NCBI RefSeq assembly: GCF_006345805.1
Contig: NW_021835958.1
Coordinates: forward strand, 148,331-212,330
Origin: Octopus sinensis
Lineage: Eukaryota
Length of the DNA stretch: 64,000 bases
Reading direction: 5' to 3'
Numbering within the stretch: the first letter of the stretch is position 1; every line of letters begins with the position of its first letter. The translations under genes were made by a program, and so were the position numbers. This document shows, piece after piece, positions 1-11,489 of this stretch. The notes under the pieces are model-generated. The model worked only from the letters and a program-made list of their open reading frames with translations. It was not told where the DNA came from and made no database searches.

Positions 1-3000
1 CATGTACACTAGACTTAGGAAAGACACATAGGCAGGGTCCTGGATACTGGAAACTAAACGCGTCTTTCCCATCGAGACAAGTTTTCAGAGACCGGATTAG
101 CACACTAGTAAAGAGGGCTTTGACGGGAGCCACCATCAACAAGAAATGGTGGTTTGCCCTCAAGAGAGCAGTAAAAGCAGAAGTGATTAGGTACAGCAAA
201 GCACTAGCCTTAGATAGAAACAGAGTAGAGGGTGAGCTAGTTAAGAAGCTAAATGAGGTAATTAGAAGCGGCATCGCATCCGACGTTTTGGCGGCGAGGT
301 TGGCCCTCGACCAACACTTCAACGCCAAACACGAAGGGTTTGTTGTCAGAGCTAGGATGCGTGCTCTGAGGAACGAAGGTGTTGGAGCCGCATGAGAGGC
401 CCAGGTGGCAGAGGTGCAACAGGGCAACAAGGCCACCATTCGGTCTCTGGTAGATGAAAATGGGCGCGAATTGCTCGAGCCAAGTAAAATGTGTGAGGCC
501 TTTCAACAGCATTTTTCCAGACCGTTCGGGACGAGTGGCGGGCAAGAACGTAGGGTAGACTTCAGTGCCTACCTACACAGCCTACCATGACTCTCGACAA
601 GAGAGGCAGGGCGCTGCGAAGGTGCCATCACGGCGGCGGAAGTGCAGGATGCGATGGCAGAATGCTCGAGGGACAAATCGCCGGGTTTGGATGGTCTATC
701 CTACGAGCTTTACAGTTGTATGCCAGACTTGTTTAGAGACGTCTTGGCAGCGGTGTACTGCAACTGGCGGCAAAACGGGAGCATTCCTGGTTTTGTGAGC
801 CGAGGAGCCGTAACACTGCTGAAGAAAGATCTAAACAAGGGGGATGTAATAGATAACTTTTGGCCCATCACTCTGCTTAATGCAGATTTGAAAATTTTAG
901 CCAAGGTTTTAGCCAAGAGGTTGGCGCTTGTCATCGAGAAACTGGTCCTCAAGGCGCAAACGTGCGCCGTACCGGGCCGGAGCACCTATGACAACCTTCA
1001 CCTGATGCGCTACATCATAGACAATGTAGTTAAGGAACCTGGCATGGGTGGGGCGCTGATCAATTTGGATCAATCGAAAGCTTTCGATAGGTAGACCATC
1101 GATATTTGGAGGAAACGTCAATACGGCTGGCTTCGGTCCCATCTTCCGCGGCTGGATAGCCGCTTTGTACAGAGGAATCCGTTCGGTAATTCGTGTAAAT
1201 GGACATCTATCAAGACCTTTCTACATTGCACGTTCGGTCCGTCAGTGATGCCCCCTCTCGTCGCTTCTTTACATATTGACTCTCGAGCCATTATTGCGAA
1301 AGCTGGCAACTCTGAGGGGCATCCCGCGAGAATTGGGATGTGGGACGAGCGTATCTGCATACGCGGACGACGTCATCGTCATAGTGTCTAGCCACGAGCA
1401 CATCTAGCTGGTCGGCGAGACACTGAAAGACTACGAAGTGGTGACAGGAGCGAAAATCAACCGGGAAAAGTCAGTGGGCTTGCGACTCGGCACCTGGAGA
1501 AGCAAGACCATGCCGTCCACCAGCGCCTCCGTCGTGGGACGCTGAACCGACGGTCCGGTCGAGTTGCTCGGGGTCTGGTTCGGTCCGGACCTCCAAATGG
1601 AGAGGAACTGGAACGAGATAACGAGTAGGGTGGTCACTCTCGCCCTGCAATGGGCCGAGAGGAAACTGTCCCTAAAAGGTCGGGCAGAGGTGGCGAACTC
1701 GTACATCGCTTCCGTCATCTACTACCGCCTGACTGTCGTGCCTTGTGCCGACCCTACCATCACCAAACTAGAACGCATTCTCTTTCACTTCTTGCGGAAA
1801 GGATGCGTACCGATGGTCAGGTGATCCATTTTCTGCCAACACCCGTTAAAAGGAGGGCTGGGCATGCCGTGGTTGATGATGCGCAGACACGCGCTGAGAC
1901 TGCGACATCTCAGGCTCTACGTAGACGACGGCGAACAGGTGTAGGCGCCGTTTGTGAGGTACGCTTTCCCGCAACTCGTCTCCATTACCGAACTGCAGTC
2001 GTGGATCAAAAAGAGGCCGAGGAAGGGCGAATTGCACTGCGAGTGTCGCGTTGCTCTCAAGCAACTATGCCGTCCCGGGTCGACCTTGAGTGACTTCAAC
2101 ACGACCAAAGCATTCTATAGGGGATTAGTGGAGGGAAGGCACGACAACGAGCTCGGGCGAACCTGGACGTCGACGAGGAATACCTGACCCACCTGTTCAA
2201 GACGACTTTCGAGCCAAGGCCCATGGACAACTTCCAGAGACCCCTGGCCTGGCAGTGCTACCGAGAAGCGCTACCCGTTCGGGATAATCTCTACAGACAC
2301 GGTTCGAGATGCGGTCAGAGTGACGAAACCGTTCTGCACGCACTCGTGCAGTGTTCAACAATTTCTGACCTGTGGGTTTATGTCGAACGACTGCTGTCAC
2401 GTGTGGGACGAGTCGGTTTATCAGCCGAGTCTATCGTCAATATTGTCACGCCTCCTTCCTTCAAACGGGAAGGAAGAGCTATTTTCACCATCCTTGTAGC
2501 TATGGCGAAAGAATGTATCTGGTGGACGTGTCTGAAAGAATTGGCGACAAACACTTTCCTCTCTGGTCAATCTCTCATCAACTTCTTCAAGTATCACTTG
2601 AAAAGGAAAGTGAGAGTAGAGTGACAAGTTTTGTCTAGCGAATGTTTAAACAAAAGATGGGTGAATGTAGCAACGATGGCACGTATGAATGACGAAGCCA
2701 CCTTGAGCATAATCCTGTGAACCCGGAAAATTGAAAACAGAGGGTTACCTACTTGCAAGCAAATGTGGTAACATGTAATATTATTAACCGAGGTTACCGT
2801 GGTCTTTTCCGTAGGTTTTTCTTCCCACGGATAAACCTTATCTGCTTCTCCCTTTACACTTTACATCATGACACTGTCATACACGGTCCCTATTGATCGT
2901 CTTTTTTCCCTTTTTTTTCTTCTTTCCCTTTTACGATCCCTTTTGACCGAAAACCTACCCCACCCTTTTTCTCTCTCCTCAAAAGAAAAGCTATACTTTA

Positions 3001-3052
3001 TAATCTGTCCCGTCTGTGTGCAGCCCTGTGTGGATAATAAAGAAACATATCT
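1..3052 (+). mobile_element. Tx1/L1-clade non-LTR retrotransposon, copy 1 (ORF2 from the post-endonuclease region through RT and C-terminal CCHC region, plus 3' UTR); disrupted, runs off the left edge
   Basis: Frame from nt 3 reads GPGYWKLNAS (36-65). Later fragments read KSPGLDGL, PITLLNADLKILAK, LDQSKAFDR and YADD (1367-1378, tacgcggacgac), then RCGQSDETVLHALVQC. Several stops and frameshifts. The 3' end CAGCCCTGTGTGGATAATAAAGAAACATATCT at about 3021-3052 is shared with copies 2 and 3. Confidence 0.93.
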
Positions 3053-3149
3053 TTATTTGGATTGCTTTTACTGTCTTATTTTGTTTTTACTCTCCTGTTC
3101 TTGTCACCATTTTTACCCCTCCGCAAAAAATCCCATGTTTTATTTAATT

Positions 3150-3368
3150 TGCTTTGCGGGAAGGATTGTTTCAACGAAGTCGTGTCTTGCCCTTACCTTC
3201 GAAACACGCAATAAGTCGAAGCAGGGGCAGCTGAAGAAGGGGAATGTTCCTTGTGTTGTATGTCTTGTACTCTGTTTTTTCGTTGTTTTAAAAAGTCCGT
3301 TTCCATGTTTTGTTTTTATGTTTTCGTTTCTCGTTGTGTTCTACGTTTTTTTGTGGTGTCCTGTACGC
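3150..3368 (+). repeat. Short dispersed element (family A) carrying a permuted hammerhead-like motif; second copy at 63138-63352
   Basis: Colinear similarity with 63138-63352 (ggaagga...ccttaccttcgaaacacgc...cagctgaNgaaggggaat...ttgtggtgt). T-rich 3' part ends in TA-rich repeats. Confidence 0.8.
3181..3244 (+). ncRNA. Candidate non-circularly permuted hammerhead ribozyme (copy 1)
   Basis: Strand order: CGTGT-C-TTGCCC, then CCTTC-GAAA-CACG, then GGGCAG-CTGAAGA-A-GGGG. Helix III is CGTGT/ACACG, helix I is TTGCCC/GGGCAG, cleavage triplet GUC. Helix II is weak (two G-U pairs). Confidence 0.6.
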
Positions 3369-3480
3369 ATATATGTATATATACATATAGATGTAGGTAT
3401 GTACATATATGTATGTATGTATGTATGCATATGTTTTATCTATTAAATTGTTAGTATATATATATATATATATATATACA

Positions 3481-3705
3481 CGAAAGAAGGTTTGAAAATG
3501 CAATTTAAAAGATGTTTATTTACTTTACGGGTTTCACTCTTTAGAAAAAGATTGTCAAAAGTAACATGTAGAAGTTTGGTTGCGTTAATTATTGGTTGTT
3601 AACGCAACCAAACTTCTACATGTTACTTTTGACAATCTTTTCCAAAGAGTGAAACCGGTAAAGTAAATAAACATCTTTTAAATTGCATTTTCAAACCTTC
3701 TTTCG
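3481..3705. repeat. Long inverted repeat: arms 3481-3588 and 3599-3705, 10-nt spacer, about 97% complementary
   Basis: Arms read directly as reverse complements (cgaaagaaggtttgaaaatg...gcgttaa / ttaacgc...caaaccttctttcg), with 2 substitutions and 1 indel. Confidence 0.95.
3623..3666 (+). ncRNA. Candidate minimal type I hammerhead ribozyme with U3/A8 core variant
   Basis: TTACTT-TTGACAA-TCTTT(tcc)AAAGA-gt-GAAA-CCGG-TA-AAGTAA. Helix I is 6 bp, helix II 5 bp, helix III region is the palindrome ACCGGT, triplet GUA. Confidence 0.55.
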
Positions 3706-3744
3706 TATATAATTCCACTCGTGCGGTACCCTACAACTCCACTT

Positions 3745-4087
3745 TGTTATATATATATATATGCAGTTTCTCTTCTCTATCGCAAATCATTATATCAGGT
3801 CTGTTGTGCTTACCTTTTCTTCACTGGGACATTCCACCAGTACTTCTTTTCATTATGAGTGGTTACGGCTTCTTATTTCTTACTCCTCGGGTTTATCCTT
3901 CAGACGGATCTCATTATAGAATGTCCTAGCTACAGCATCATGTTTTTTTCTGTGTCCCTTTCTGTGGAAGAGCGTAGGCTCGAAACGTAAAAGGCTTTTT
4001 TTTTTATTCCTGAGCGTTATACTAATACATCTCTATGTTTTGTACACCACCTGTCTTCGTCTTTTGTGTTTTTTCGTAAACTCTCCA
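3745..4087 (+). repeat. Short TA-flanked element carrying a minimal hammerhead-like motif (Penelope-like/retrozyme-like)
   Basis: Non-microsatellite block bounded on both sides by (TA)n; contains the motif at 3957-3994 and a T-rich 3' part. Confidence 0.5.
3957..3994 (+). ncRNA. Candidate minimal type I hammerhead ribozyme (A6U core deviation, extra A before helix II)
   Basis: CCTTT-CTGTGGA-A-GAGC(gtag)GCTC-GAAA-CG-TA-AAAGG. Helix I is 5 bp, helix II 4 bp, palindromic ACGT at helix III, triplet GUA. Confidence 0.5.
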
Positions 4088-4099
4088 TATATATATATA

Positions 4100-4161
<62 letters not shown>

Positions 4162-4296
4162 CCAAGAAAACGCGTTTTAACATACGTGTTTCTATCTGTC
4201 TGTCTGTCTGCCTATCTATCTCGACATACAAACATTCATACATACATACATACATACATACATACATACATACACACATTCAAATACTAATATATA

Positions 4297-4327
<31 letters not shown>

Positions 4328-4330
4328 CTA

Positions 4331-4392
<62 letters not shown>

Positions 4393-4951
4393 TATTGATC
4401 GCCTGGTTCTCTTTCCTATTGCCTATCACTCTTTCATATACAACCATCAGCCATACACGCTAGTACATATATTGGACCGACAAAACCAAAATTTATAGTC
4501 TCGATAACAGAGGAGTGCTCGACCGACCGGTTTACTGTGAGATTTGGCGTTTATTATGATTTATATTAGACTTCCTGCATAAGGAATTTATTTAACATTT
4601 TATGGGTTTATGCGTGCTGACGTAAATATATATGCAACGAGTACTGTGCAATTTGAACTGGAGGTCTTCTTTATAACCGAGGTAATCTATAAAATAGTTG
4701 AAAGTTAAGATCTATTTATTGGTGGCGAAGCTGGAATTTGACAGTAAATAAATATTTACGTTTATTATATTTAAGCAAAGAGATGTGTGCAAATATGATG
4801 TATCTATATATGGATATGTATGTATGTATGAATGTATGTATGTATGTATGTATGTATGTATGTATGTATGTATGTATGTATGTATGTATGTATGTATGCG
4901 TGCGCTATCTGTCTACCTGTCTGTTTGTCTGTCTGTCTCTGTGCATGTATA

Positions 4952-4985
<34 letters not shown>

Positions 4986-4986
<1 letters not shown>

Positions 4987-7037
4987 AGATGGCGGCGTGG
5001 GTTTCCGCCCCGACATCCGAAACTCGTAGCTTTATCATCGATACTTGGAGGCTGTCCTCAGAGCGGCTGGCTTCTGTCCCGTCTTCCGCGGCTGGATAGC
5101 CGCTTTGTATAAAGGCATCCGTTCGGTAATTCGCGTAAATGGACATCTATCGAGACCTTTCGACATCGCACGTTCGGTCCGTCAGGGATGCCCCCTCTCG
5201 TCGCTTCTATACGTATTGACTCTCGAGCAATTATTGCGGAAGCTGGCAACTCTGAGGGGCATCCCACGAGAACTGGGATGCGGGACGAGCGTGTCTGCAT
5301 ACGCGGACGACGTCATCGTCATAGTGTCTAGCCACGAAGGGGTGACAGGAGCGAAAATCAACCGGGAAAAGTCAGTGGGCTTGCGGCTCGGCACCTGGAG
5401 AAGGAAGTCCATGCCGTCCACCAGCGCCTCCGTCGTGGGACGCTGGACCGACGGTCCGGTCGAGTTGTTCGGGGTCTGGTTCGGTCCGGATCTCCAAATG
5501 GAGAGGAACTGGAACGAGATAACGAGTAGGGTGGTCACCCTCGCTCACCAATGGGCCGAGAGGAAACTGTCCCTAAAAGGTCGGGCGGAAGTGGCGAACT
5601 CGTACATCGCGTCCATCATCTACTGCCGCCTGACTGTCGTGCCTTGTGCCGACCCTACCATCACCAAACTAGAACTCATTCTCTTTCGCTTCTTGTGGAA
5701 TGGATGCGTCCCGATAGTCAGGCGATCCATTTGCTGTCAACACCCGTTAAAAGGAGGACTGGGCAAGCCGTGGTTGATGATGCGCAGACACGCACTGAGA
5801 CTGCGACATCTCAGGCTCTACGTAGACGACAGTGAACAGGTGTGGTCGCCGTTTGTGAGGCACGCTTTCCCGCAGCTCGTCTCCATGACCGAACTGCAGT
5901 CGTGGATCAAAAAGAGGCCGAGGAAGGGCGAATTGCACCGCGAGTGTCGCGTTGCTCTCAAGCAGCTCTGCCGTCCCGGGTCGACCTTGAGTGACTCCAT
6001 CACAACCCAAGTAATCTATAGATTAGTGGGGGGAGGTACGACGACGAGCTCGGGGCGAACCTGGGCGTCGACGAGGAATACCTGACCCGCCTGTTCGGGA
6101 CGACTTTCGGGCCAGGGCCCATGGACAACTTCCAGAGATCCCTGGCCTGGCAGTGCTACCGAGAAGCGCTACCCGTTCGGGATAATCTCTACAGACACGG
6201 TTCGAGAAACACGAGGCCGACCTGCCCGAGATGCGGTCAGAGCGACGAAACCGTTCTGCACGCACTCGTGCAGTGTCCAACAATTTCCGACCTGTGGGCT
6301 TATGTCGAATAACTGCTGTCACGCGTGGCACGAGTCTGTTTATCAGCTGAGTCTATCGTCAATATTGTTACGCCTCCTTCCTACAAACGGGAACGAAGAG
6401 CTATTTTCATCATCCTTGTGGCTATGGCGAAAAAGTGTATCTGGTGGACGCGTCTGAAAGGATTGGAGACAAACACTTTCCTCTCTGGTCAATCTCTCAT
6501 CAGCTTCTTCAAGTATCACTTGAAAAGGAAAGTGAGAGTAGAGAGGCAAGTTTTGTCTAGCGAATGTTTAAACAAAAGATGGGTGAATGTAGCAACGATG
6601 GCACGTATGAATGACGAAGCCACCTTGAGCATAATCCTATGAACCAAAAAATTGAAAACAGAGGGTTACCTACTTGCAAGCAAATGTGGTAACATATAAC
6701 AATATTGACCGAGGTTATCGTGGTCTTTTTCGTAGGCTTTTCTTCCCACGGATAAACCTTATCTGCTTCCCCCTTTACACCGTACATCATGACACTGTGA
6801 TACACGATCCCTATTGATCGTTTTTTTCTTCTTCCCCTTTTTTCCTCTTTTTTTCTTCTTTTTTCTTTTATCTTTTCTTTTGTTTCTTTTCGTTTTTCTT
6901 CTTTTTTTCTTTTTTCCCCTTTACGATCCCTTTTGATCGAAAACCTACGCCACTTTTTTTTTTCATCCCCCAAAAGAAAAGCTCTACCTTGTAATTTGTC
7001 CCATCTGTGTGCAGCCCTGTGTGGCCAATAAAGAAAC
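4986..7037 (+). mobile_element. Tx1/L1-clade LINE copy 2 (RT C-half, CCHC region, 3' UTR), preceded by a short GC-rich cap
   Basis: ORF 5045-6085 has VRQGCPLS and YADD; 6121-6312 has RPTCPRCGQSDETVLHALVQC. Colinear with copies 1 and 3 from about 5036. 3' end AATAAAGAAAC runs into (TATC)n. Confidence 0.95.
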
Positions 7038-7091
7038 TTATCTATCTATCTTTCTATCCATCCATCCATCCATCCATCCATCCATCCATCC

Positions 7092-7139
<48 letters not shown>

Positions 7140-7140
7140 C

Positions 7141-7174
<34 letters not shown>

Positions 7175-7179
7175 GTCTA

Positions 7180-7276
<97 letters not shown>

Positions 7277-7283
7277 ATATCTA

Positions 7284-7315
<32 letters not shown>

Positions 7316-7344
7316 TCTATATATCTATCTATCTATCTATCTAA

Positions 7345-7401
<57 letters not shown>

Positions 7402-7408
7402 ATATCTC

Positions 7409-7447
<39 letters not shown>

Positions 7448-7452
7448 GTCTG

Positions 7453-7495
<43 letters not shown>

Positions 7496-7517
7496 CTCTA
7501 TCTTTCCTATCTATCTA

Positions 7518-7548
<31 letters not shown>
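7038..7548. repeat. Compound (TATC)n/(TCCA)n/(TCTG)n microsatellite
   Basis: Direct reading; abuts the 3' end of Tx1 copy 2. Confidence 0.97.
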
Positions 7549-8221
7549 CCCATATTGTAATTTATAAGGATTAGCACACAAGCACGCACAGATGTACCAA
7601 AAAAAAAAAACTGAAACAGTTAATAACTATAAATACAAGAAATCCATGGAATAAAAGGAAACAAAATATAAACAGCAAAGACCGATGAAAGCTTACAGTT
7701 GCAAAAGTTATTCCAATATAGATAAATAAATAAATAAATAAACACGTGAAGTGGGGAAAAAATGAAAAAATAGTCATAGTGACATCGCGTTGAGAATATT
7801 GTTGACAGTCACCAAATAACTCAAATAAATGAAAACAAGGCGGCCCTCACAAGGAAGTTGTTGTTGTTGTTGCTGCTGATGCTGTTGTTGTTGTTTTTGC
7901 ACCTGCAGATATTCACCTCTCACCCGTTTACCTCAACTAGAATCCAACATCATTAGAAAACTTCTCAATTCAAATACCAGATGGTGGTAAGTTAACTGCG
8001 GTGCTATGCCCTTCCTTCCTTCTTTCGTGTCTTCCTACCCCTCTAACTCTCACCCTCTCTCACTTCATTATTGCAATCTGTTTACATTTGTTCTTATTTT
8101 AAAGTTCCTTTTGTTTTATTTTATTTCTTTTGTTCTTCATTTTTAATTAGGCTGCTTTTGAAGGAGGACAAGAACAAGGGGGATGAAGAGCGAAAGGAGA
8201 AGAAAGAGCAAAAAGAAAGAG

Positions 8222-8255
<34 letters not shown>

Positions 8256-8458
8256 GGAGAATGAGATGTGACGGATTTGTCACGAAGCTGAAGCTATTTC
8301 GAAGGAATGAGTTAAAATCACAAAACGTGTGAAAAGAGAATATAAAAGATACAATATATAAAAGGCGATGGTAGTAGTTTGGACAGAAGGAGCCGTTAAA
8401 TTGCTTAGAACAACAAGGATTAATACGGAGCTTTTAGAAGATGAATAATAATAATAAT

Positions 8459-8971
8459 CGGCTCTCATGGCTTCTGGTCTTAACTGACTGGAAGTGTTAT
8501 CATAAACATTGTTTTGTCTTGGTATAAAAGATGGGCTACAGCAAATATTCTGCTCAATACCACAAATTTGCTTGTCAGTTGTTTGACCGTAACCAGTTGA
8601 GCATGTCCCTTAGTGGCTGACGATATGTGCATCTCTGATCACGAGTAGAAGTAGTGGGGGAGCATCATAGCCATGTGTTGAGAGGGATTCTTTGGGGAAA
8701 CATAGGTGTTTCATTCAACATCCTTAAACAACCCTTAATCAGGGACCTTTTGAGTGGGATGGGTTACCCAACCAGAAGAAAATTCTAACTGGGCCCCACC
8801 CGCAAGGTCATGCGCTGTTTATCTTATTATGAGATCACCATGTCACGCACATATGGTTGTGATGCATGTACCTGGTATATCCTTATCAGACGGGTAGTCA
8901 TGATGGGTATACTGGGCTTCGTATATTTGTACCCCAGTGTCACTTTGATGGCATGCACTGCTCTCTCACTC
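8459..8971 (+). repeat. About 510-bp non-coding block flanked on both sides by (AAT)n; probable non-autonomous retroelement
   Basis: (AAT)5 at 8444-8458 and (AAT)n at 8972-9028; no coding motif. Single copy in the window, so the class is inferred. Confidence 0.4.
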
Positions 8972-9029
<58 letters not shown>

Positions 9030-9399
9030 TGATGCCGCTGTTGATACTAAATACTACTAATACTACAATAATACTACAACTACTACTAGTATGATAGCAC
9101 AGGAATCTAGGGCCCAAATACTACCCTTACCACTACCCCACCCCTGCTAATGTTGCTGTTGCTGCAACCACTGCTATTACTACACATAAAAACAATAATA
9201 CCAGTGATATCAGTGATGATAAAAATAATTATAATGAAAGGAAACGAGTGGAGTCTCCTTATGGGCTCATAATGATATATCTAGTGATGGTGTCACAAGA
9301 AAAACACTGGTAATTGCGCAACCTGATAATCGCTACCTCATATGAGTAACAATGAAAAAACAAAATATTGTGGATAACGGTGAGAATGAAACTTAAGCC

Positions 9400-11480
9400 A
9401 ATGATGGTGACACTGTTACACCCGATAGCGACTTGTGGGCCAAAGTCAGAAGAAACATTATGAAAAAGAAATTACAAACTGAAGTAGAGACTGACCAAAT
9501 TAAACAAGCAGTAAGGGATAAAAGGAACGAAGCTGGAGCTAAAGAAGACACTACAGAGGAAATGATTATAGACCAGCCTAGGGCTGATAAAAACGCAGTA
9601 ATGATTGAAGGAGTTAATGTAACTGATAATCAAAGTGAAATACTGTCTGAACCAACCATAAACACTAAGGCAGATGAAAATCAAATAGATGAAGAAAGTC
9701 ACACAGAAATTGACCCAACAGAACTAAATTAAAGAACCAGTATGAATGAACGCAACACTCTCCCAAAAGTTCGCAATTCTAGTCAAAACCTGAAAATAAT
9801 TGGTAAAATCCGCCTTGCACTTAAGGATATAATTTCAGCTAATGATGCTGATATTACAGATCTGAATCACATGTACGATGCATCCGCGAACATCACAACG
9901 ATTCTATGTGGTGAAAAGATTAGAAAACGACAACATTCCCACAAAAAGTCTCCTTGGTAACAGCGTATTCAAAACCAAATTCAGCTACTTAGGTCTGACT
10001 TTCCATAATGAGTAAAAAGGATGTAAACGTGGGTCCTATGGTTCAGCAACTCATCAATAAAATGATCTTAGAATAGTGTCACAAATGACACAAAAACTTG
10101 TCAATACCCTGGGTTGACTATAAAAATGCTTTTGATAGTCTACCACATAGCTGGATTAAGAAATGTCTGGAAATGCATAAAATAGCTCCTACATTGCGAA
10201 ACGTTTTGTCTGTAAGCATGAGATCATGGAGAACCACACAGGCTTTGAACAGTGACAATGAATCTCTAAATGCTGGAGAATTAAAAATTCCACGTGTCAT
10301 TTTCCAAGGTGACTGTCTGTCACCGCTTCTCTTTTGTCTAGCCTTAATACCTATCCCGAAATTGCTCAATGATGCACAATACGGTTATAAAATGTTTGGT
10401 AAAAATATGAATCATCTCATTTACATGGATGATTTAAAGCTCTTTGCAACAAATGACCAACAACTACAGGGCTTATTAGCAATTGTTAAACAATTCAGTG
10501 ATGACATCAGGATGCAATTTGACCTTGATAAATGTGCAAAAGCTACCTTTATCAATAGAAAAATGACAGAAAAATCCAATGTTAACCTTGACCAACAGAA
10601 AGTCATAAAGGAATTAGAACAAGCGGAAGGCTACAAATACCTAGGGGGGTACTTGAGGGGACGGAATCAGTGATTCAGTGATGAGGGAAAGGATCAGAAG
10701 AGAATGTTATCGCAGGGTAAGGGCAATACTCAAGACAGAGCTGAATGCAAGAAACAGGATCGAAGCGATCAATACTTTAGCCATACCAGTCGTGACTTAC
10801 AGTTTCAATACCATTAACTGGCCAATTACTGAAATATGTAATCTTGGCAGAAAAATGCGAAAATTGTTGACAATGCATAGAATGCACTACTCTAAGGCAG
10901 ATATAGAATGACTTTATCTGCCAAGAAAAGAGAGTGGCCGTGGACTTTTACAACTAGAATTAACAATGAAGATTGCCACAATTGACCTAGTAACCTACCT
11001 GAAAAACTCTGATGTAATTTGAAACAGAAGGGTTTATCATAGCAGCTCAAGATCAATGCCTACCTACAAGAAATTACCAGGTCAACATATTAAAAAACGG
11101 CAGCTGCCCAACATGTCATGTATTTCAACAACAAAATGAAACCATTGATCATGTTCTTGCGCCTACAGAGTATCTCCACAGCCATGATAGAGTAGCACAA
11201 TATATTCACTTGGTAATTTGCAAAAGCCTGGACCTGCCCCATGATAAAAACTAGTGGGAACACAAACCACCTCCAGTGCTTGAAAATGATCACATGTCAC
11301 TCCTCTGGAACTTCGCCATTCAAGCCAACAGAATGATAGATGCGAACAGGCCAGACATTATATTGAAAGACTTCAGACAAAAATCATGCGTCCTCATTTG
11401 TATGACTGTCCCAATCAATATAAATATATCTGTCAAGACCTACCAAAAACTGAGCAAGTATAATGATCTTGAAATATGAA
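9400..11480 (+). mobile_element. R4/Dong-clade (RLE) LINE relic: RT and C-terminal endonuclease fragments
   Basis: 10098-10673 has VDYKNAFDSLPHSW, IFQGDCLSPLLF, YMDDLKLF and YKYLG. 10678-10911 has ELNARNRIEAINTLAIPV. 11276-11479 has NRPDIILKD...KYNDLEI. Confidence 0.9.
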
Positions 11481-11489
11481 TTGGCGAAA

